DNA of 64,000 nucleotides from Desulfobacterales bacterium (lineage in GTDB: Bacteria > Desulfobacterota > Desulfobacteria > Desulfobacterales > UBA5852), in contig CAXXVS010000001.1 of NCBI GenBank assembly GCA_963674755.2, forward strand, positions 1,239,777 to 1,303,776. The letters are read 5' to 3'. The notes beneath the pieces were generated by a model. The model searched no databases. It saw only the letters and a list, made by a program, of their open reading frames with translations, and was not told the DNA's origin. A program made the translations under genes and the position numbers. The first letter of the stretch is position 1, and every line of letters starts with the position of its first letter. Below are positions 59,564-64,000 of this stretch, one piece after another.

Positions 59564-60541
59564 ATGCGAAAATTATTGTTGTCGGTGCTCATCGGGAGTT
59601 TGTGCGCCCTGCCCCTGAATGCTTTCGGCGCCATGACCATCAAGCTCGGGGTGGTGACCAAACCCGGATCGGCCCAGAATATCGTGGCCGAGAAATTCAA
59701 GGAGCTGGTGGAGCAGCGCTCCGGCGGGGATATCGCCGTCAAGATCTTCCATTCCAAATCCATCGGCAATGAGACCGAGATCCTGCAGCAGATTCAGATG
59801 AACACGATCCAGATGGGGATCGTCACCGTGGGCCCCTTCGACACTTTCGACCCCATCGTGCGGGTGATCAACTATCCCTTCCTTTTTGAAAGCAACGAAC
59901 AGGCGGACGAGATCCTGGACGGCCCCCTGGGGCAGGAAATTCTGACCAGCCTGGAGAGTTCCGGGTTCAAGGGCCTGTGCTTTTCGGAAAACGGTTTCCG
60001 GAACCTGACCAACAACAAACGCCCGGTGCACAGCCCGGAGGATGTCGCGGGACTGAAGATCCGCGTCATGAATTCGGTGTTGCACAAAACCATCTGGCAG
60101 ACCCTGGGCGCTAACCCCACCCCCATGCCCTGGCCGATTTATACCGAGCTGGAGCAGGGTGTGATCGACGGCCAGGAGAATCCCCTGTGGGTGATGGAAG
60201 TCTACAAATTCTACGAAATTCAAAAGTATATGACCATGACCCGCCACGTCTATTCGGCCCATATCGACGTGGCCTCACTCAACTGGTGGAACACCCTGGA
60301 TCCGGCCACCCAGAGGATGATCCAGGAGACCATCTACGCGGCGGCCAAGTTTCAGCGGCAGGAAAACCGTGCCCAGAATGCGGACCGCTTGAAGCTGCTG
60401 AAAGAAAAGGGCATGGTCATCGACGAGACGCCGGATATCGCCGCCTTCCGGCAAAAGGTGGCCCAGCTTCAGAACGACGCCATCTACAGCGACCCCAAAG
60501 TGAAGGATCTCCTGCAGCGCATGCTGGCGGCCACCCGCTGA
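59564..60541 (+). CDS. dctP: TRAP transporter substrate-binding protein (DctP family)
   Basis: Signal peptide, ENGFR, GLKIRV, IDGQENP. Confidence 0.93.
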   Translation: MRKLLLSVLIGSLCALPLNAFGAMTIKLGVVTKPGSAQNIVAEKFKELVEQRSGGDIAVKIFHSKSIGNETEILQQIQMNTIQMGIVTVGPFDTFDPIVRVINYPFLFESNEQADEILDGPLGQEILTSLESSGFKGLCFSENGFRNLTNNKRPVHSPEDVAGLKIRVMNSVLHKTIWQTLGANPTPMPWPIYTELEQGVIDGQENPLWVMEVYKFYEIQKYMTMTRHVYSAHIDVASLNWWNTLDPATQRMIQETIYAAAKFQRQENRAQNADRLKLLKEKGMVIDETPDIAAFRQKVAQLQNDAIYSDPKVKDLLQRMLAATR

Positions 60542-60556
60542 TCGGTGGGCCACGGC

Positions 60557-61063
60557 ATGGTCATGAAGAGCGCAGGGCGTCGCCGAGGGCTGCTTGACGG
60601 ACTCAGCCGGCGCACCAACGCCCTGGTCGAAGCGGCGCTTTGCAGCCTCGGGCTGCTGATGGTGGTCGTGGTGGCGGCCCAGGTTTTTTTCCGCTATGCC
60701 CTCAACCATTCCCTTTTCTGGTCGGAGGAGCTGGCGCGCTATATCCTGGTCTGGCTGACCTTTCTGGGGGCCACGGTGGCCTATCGCCGCGGGGCCCACC
60801 CGCGCATCGACCTGTTGTCCGACCGTGGGCATCCGGGCCGGGACAAGGCCATACGCATCGGAGCCCATCTGGTGGGGATGGCCTTTTTCACCTTGCTCGT
60901 CCTTTACGGGACCCAGTTCGCCTACTTTGTACGCCTGCAGATTTCACCGGCCCTCCAGCTTCCCAAGTGGATCGTCATGCTGGTCCTGCCCGTCAGCGGC
61001 CTGCTGATGCTGCTGCACGCCCTGGCCGCCATTACGGAGGAGATCCGGGAGCACGACCGGTGA
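60557..61063 (+). CDS. dctQ: TRAP transporter small permease
   Basis: QVFFRY..WSEELARY..H.RID. Confidence 0.92.
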   Translation: MVMKSAGRRRGLLDGLSRRTNALVEAALCSLGLLMVVVVAAQVFFRYALNHSLFWSEELARYILVWLTFLGATVAYRRGAHPRIDLLSDRGHPGRDKAIRIGAHLVGMAFFTLLVLYGTQFAYFVRLQISPALQLPKWIVMLVLPVSGLLMLLHALAAITEEIREHDR

Positions 61064-62340
61064 CGGCCGAAGCCCTGCTCATAAGCCTCCTGGCGCTCCT
61101 GGCCCTGAACACCCCCATCGCCATTGCCATCGGTGGGGCGTCGGTGGTGGCCATCCTGGTCCAGGGCGACTTCCCGATGATGGTCATGGCCCAGCGCATG
61201 TTCGGGGGCACGGACTCGTTTCATCTGCTGGCCGTGCCGCTGTTCATGTTTGCCGGAGCCCTGATGGAAGCCGGCGGTATCAGCCGCCGCATCATCGATT
61301 TTGCCAATGCCCTGGTGGGATGGCTGCCCGGGGGGCTGGCCGCGGTGACCATCGTGTCCTCCATGTTTTTTGCCGGGATTTCGGGATCGGCCGCCGCCGA
61401 TGCCGCCGCCGTGGGGGCCATTCTCATACCGGCCATGAAAAAGTCGGCCTACGACTCGGATTTTTCGGCGGCGGTGCTGGCCTCGGGGGGATCGATCGGC
61501 GTCATTATCCCGCCCTCGATTCCCATGATCATCTTCGGGTTCTTGACCGGGGCCTCCATCGGCCAGCTGTTTGCCGGCGGCATTCTGCCGGGCTTGCTGG
61601 TGGGCCTTTCGTTGATTGTCGTGGCTGCCCTGATTTCACGCCGCCACGGCTACGGCGCCACCCTGCCCTTTACGCCCCGCCATGTGTGGCATACGTTTCG
61701 GAAAGCCCTTTTGGCGCTGGGGGCGCCCCTGATCATCCTGGGGGGGATTCTGCTGGGGATCTTCACCGCCACCGAATCGGCCGCCGTAGCGGTGGTCTAT
61801 GCCCTGGTGGTGAGTTTGGGGGTTTACCGCGAACTCCGGTGGCGGCAGCTCCCGCGCATTATGATCGATGCTTCGGTCATGGCGTCGGTGGTCATGTTCA
61901 TCATCGCGGCGGCTTCGATTTTCAGTTGGATCGCGGCCATCGAGGAGCTGCCTGCCCGTTTGGCGGCCGTGCTGCTCGACCTGACCACCCATCGGGTGCT
62001 CTTGCTGCTGCTGATCAATCTGATGCTGCTCGTGGCAGGGACCTTCGTGGAGACCACCGCAGCCCTGATCCTGTTGGTTCCCATGATCGTTGCCATGCTG
62101 CCGGCCCTGGGCATCGACCTGGTGCAGCTGGGCGTGATTGTCGTCACCAATCTGGCCATCGGTATGCTCACCCCGCCCATGGGCATCTGCCTGATCGTGG
62201 CCGGGACCATCTCCGGAGACCGGATGGGAACCATTGCATGGCGCATCGTTCCCTTTCTGCTGGTGCTGCTGGTGGATTTGATGGTGGTGACTTTTTATGC
62301 ACCGTTGACTATGGTGCTGGCGCGCCTGGTGGCCCGTTAG
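61060..62340 (+). CDS. dctM: TRAP transporter large permease
   Basis: LAVPLF, ISGSAAAD, IPPSIP, TATESA, TPPMG; GTG overlaps the dctQ stop. Confidence 0.93.
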   Translation: MTAEALLISLLALLALNTPIAIAIGGASVVAILVQGDFPMMVMAQRMFGGTDSFHLLAVPLFMFAGALMEAGGISRRIIDFANALVGWLPGGLAAVTIVSSMFFAGISGSAAADAAAVGAILIPAMKKSAYDSDFSAAVLASGGSIGVIIPPSIPMIIFGFLTGASIGQLFAGGILPGLLVGLSLIVVAALISRRHGYGATLPFTPRHVWHTFRKALLALGAPLIILGGILLGIFTATESAAVAVVYALVVSLGVYRELRWRQLPRIMIDASVMASVVMFIIAAASIFSWIAAIEELPARLAAVLLDLTTHRVLLLLLINLMLLVAGTFVETTAALILLVPMIVAMLPALGIDLVQLGVIVVTNLAIGMLTPPMGICLIVAGTISGDRMGTIAWRIVPFLLVLLVDLMVVTFYAPLTMVLARLVAR

Positions 62341-62530
62341 CCCGTATCCGTTCAGAAATGGTCTTTTTGGCCCTGGCCGGTCGCAGCGGGCTTGATCAGA
62401 ACCAAAATCCTCATTTCTGATTCGGATACCCTTTGAAATTTTGGTTGTTAATGATTGATATACAACAGGTGGTTTGCTAGATGCGTAGTTGAAGCAGCTT
62501 CTCTAATGAGCGGAATAGAAGGAGGACATT

Positions 62531-63322
62531 ATGGCAGCAAGCGTGACGATTCCCCGCCTTTGGGCCATGAAGGAGAACCAGGAAAAGATCGTGGTGGTGA
62601 CCGCCTATGACTATGCTTTTGCCCATCTGGCGGATGCGGCCGGAATCGATGCCATCCTGGTGGGGGATTCCCTCGGTATGGTGGTTCAGGGGCGCAGCAA
62701 CACCTTGCCCGTCACCATGGATGAGATGGTCTACCACACCGCCATGGTGGCCCGCGCGGCCCGGCGCGCCATGGTGATCGGCGACATGCCCTTCATGGCC
62801 TACCAGGCCGATAAGGCCGAGGCGATTCGCAACGCGGGCCGCCTCGTCAAGGAAGGCGGCGCGGCGGCTGTCAAACTGGAAGGCGGCGCCTCCGTAAGCG
62901 CTTTGATTAAAGCCATCGCCGGAGCCGGCATTGCGGTGCAGGCCCATATCGGGCTGACGCCCCAATCGGTGCACCAGATGGGCGGCTACCGTGTCCAGCG
63001 CGATGAGGATCGCCTGATGGAGGATGCGGTGCGGGTGGAAGAGGCCGGGGCGTTTTCCGTGGTTCTGGAGGGCATTCCCACCGCCATCGCGGCCAAGATT
63101 TCCAGCCGCTTGCGGATTCCGACCATCGGCATCGGAGCCGGACCGGCCTGCGACGGCCAGGTGCTGGTGCTCCACGATCTGCTGGGGTTGAGCGAACGCC
63201 ACGTCCCGAAATTCGTCAAACAATACCGCCAGCTGGCCGCGGAGGTGCGCAACGGCCTGACGGAATATGCCGAGGACGTGCGCGGGGGGAAGTTCCCGGG
63301 GCCGGAACATTGCTATGACTGA
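62531..63322 (+). CDS. panB: 3-methyl-2-oxobutanoate hydroxymethyltransferase
   Basis: TAYDY, LVGDSLG, VKLEGG, HIGLTPQ, IGIGAG, DGQVLV. Confidence 0.97.
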   Translation: MAASVTIPRLWAMKENQEKIVVVTAYDYAFAHLADAAGIDAILVGDSLGMVVQGRSNTLPVTMDEMVYHTAMVARAARRAMVIGDMPFMAYQADKAEAIRNAGRLVKEGGAAAVKLEGGASVSALIKAIAGAGIAVQAHIGLTPQSVHQMGGYRVQRDEDRLMEDAVRVEEAGAFSVVLEGIPTAIAAKISSRLRIPTIGIGAGPACDGQVLVLHDLLGLSERHVPKFVKQYRQLAAEVRNGLTEYAEDVRGGKFPGPEHCYD

Positions 63323-63355
63323 GAGCCCCCACCATCGACAGGAGAAGTCCTTGCC

Positions 63356-64000
63356 ATGAAACCCACTTTTGCCATTGTCGGCTGCGGAAAAGTCGGGGTC
63401 ACCCTGGCCCGGCATCTTGGGGCGGCAGGCTACCGGCCCGTTGCCTTTGCCAGCCGCCGCTTCGGCCTCGGCCCATACGGCAGCCGAAGCCGCGGGTGGC
63501 GGAAGGGTGTGCCGGGAGGCCTGGGAGGCAACGGGGGATGCGGATGTCGTCTTCATTACGACGCCCGACGGCGCTTATCCAGACGATTGTCCAAACCCTG
63601 GCGGACCACAAGCGGCCTTAAGCGCGGGGCGGTGGTCCTGCACTGCAGCGGCGCCCTGGCCTCGACCGTCCTGGCACCCGTCTGCGGAAGCGAGGCGCTC
63701 ATACCGGTTCCCTGCACCCTCCTGCAGAGTTTTGCCGCGCCGGTGCTGACCCACAACCCTTTCAAGGGCATCGTGATGGCGGCCGAAGGGGACGATGCGG
63801 CCCTGGCGATCTGCCGGGCGGTCGCCGGTGCGCTGGAGGCGGAATTTCTTGACGCTGGAAACGGAAAACAAAGCCCTCTATCACGCCGCGGCCGTGGTCG
63901 CCTCCAATTATCTGGTGACCCTGCTGGCGGTCGCCACCCGCCTGCTGGAGGGCAGCGGCATTCCCTCTGAGGCGGCGCTCAAGGTGCTGCTGCCGCTGGT
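63356..64000 (+). pseudogene. Rossmann/DUF2520 protein (PanG-type ketopantoate reductase); frameshifted, runs off the window
   Basis: IVGCGKVG, ADVVFITTPD, LHCSGA and LYHAAAVVASNYL lie in different frames. Confidence 0.7.

Overview
GC-rich chromosomal window, most likely from a sulfate-reducing Desulfobacterota (Desulfobacterales-like). This is inferred from a complete Tmc redox complex and sigma54 regulation. Housekeeping and energy genes: tkt, tmcDCBA plus a response regulator, an MltD-like transglycosylase, yhbY, dapL, aspS, hisS, a TRAP transporter, panB and a frameshifted panG-like gene. Accessory modules: (1) a sigma54-driven USP/SLC13/2x cytidylate-kinase-like/two-component operon; (2) a SNF2 + SWIM-HTH pair; (3) an ~11.5 kb catabolic cluster of unknown substrate built around a four-subunit molybdenum hydroxylase with its maturation genes; (4) a DUF3015/Lnb pair; (5) a phosphoketolase operon. 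Downstream of tRNA-Asn (~43.5-56.1 kb) lies a decayed island with RAYT and IS4 relics, a YLATT-like membrane protein, an AT-rich Lamassu/ABC-three-component defence system and an integrase relic. The most unusual structure is at the tRNA-Asn itself. Four partial tRNA copies have tRNA nt 25-34 replaced by the same palindrome, TCCCGCC-N2/3-GGCGGGA. Two of these copies form the 3' ends and stop codons of duplicated 92-aa GIY-YIG nuclease genes, which flank a 2.2 kb cargo. All calls come from reading the sequence; no searches were run.
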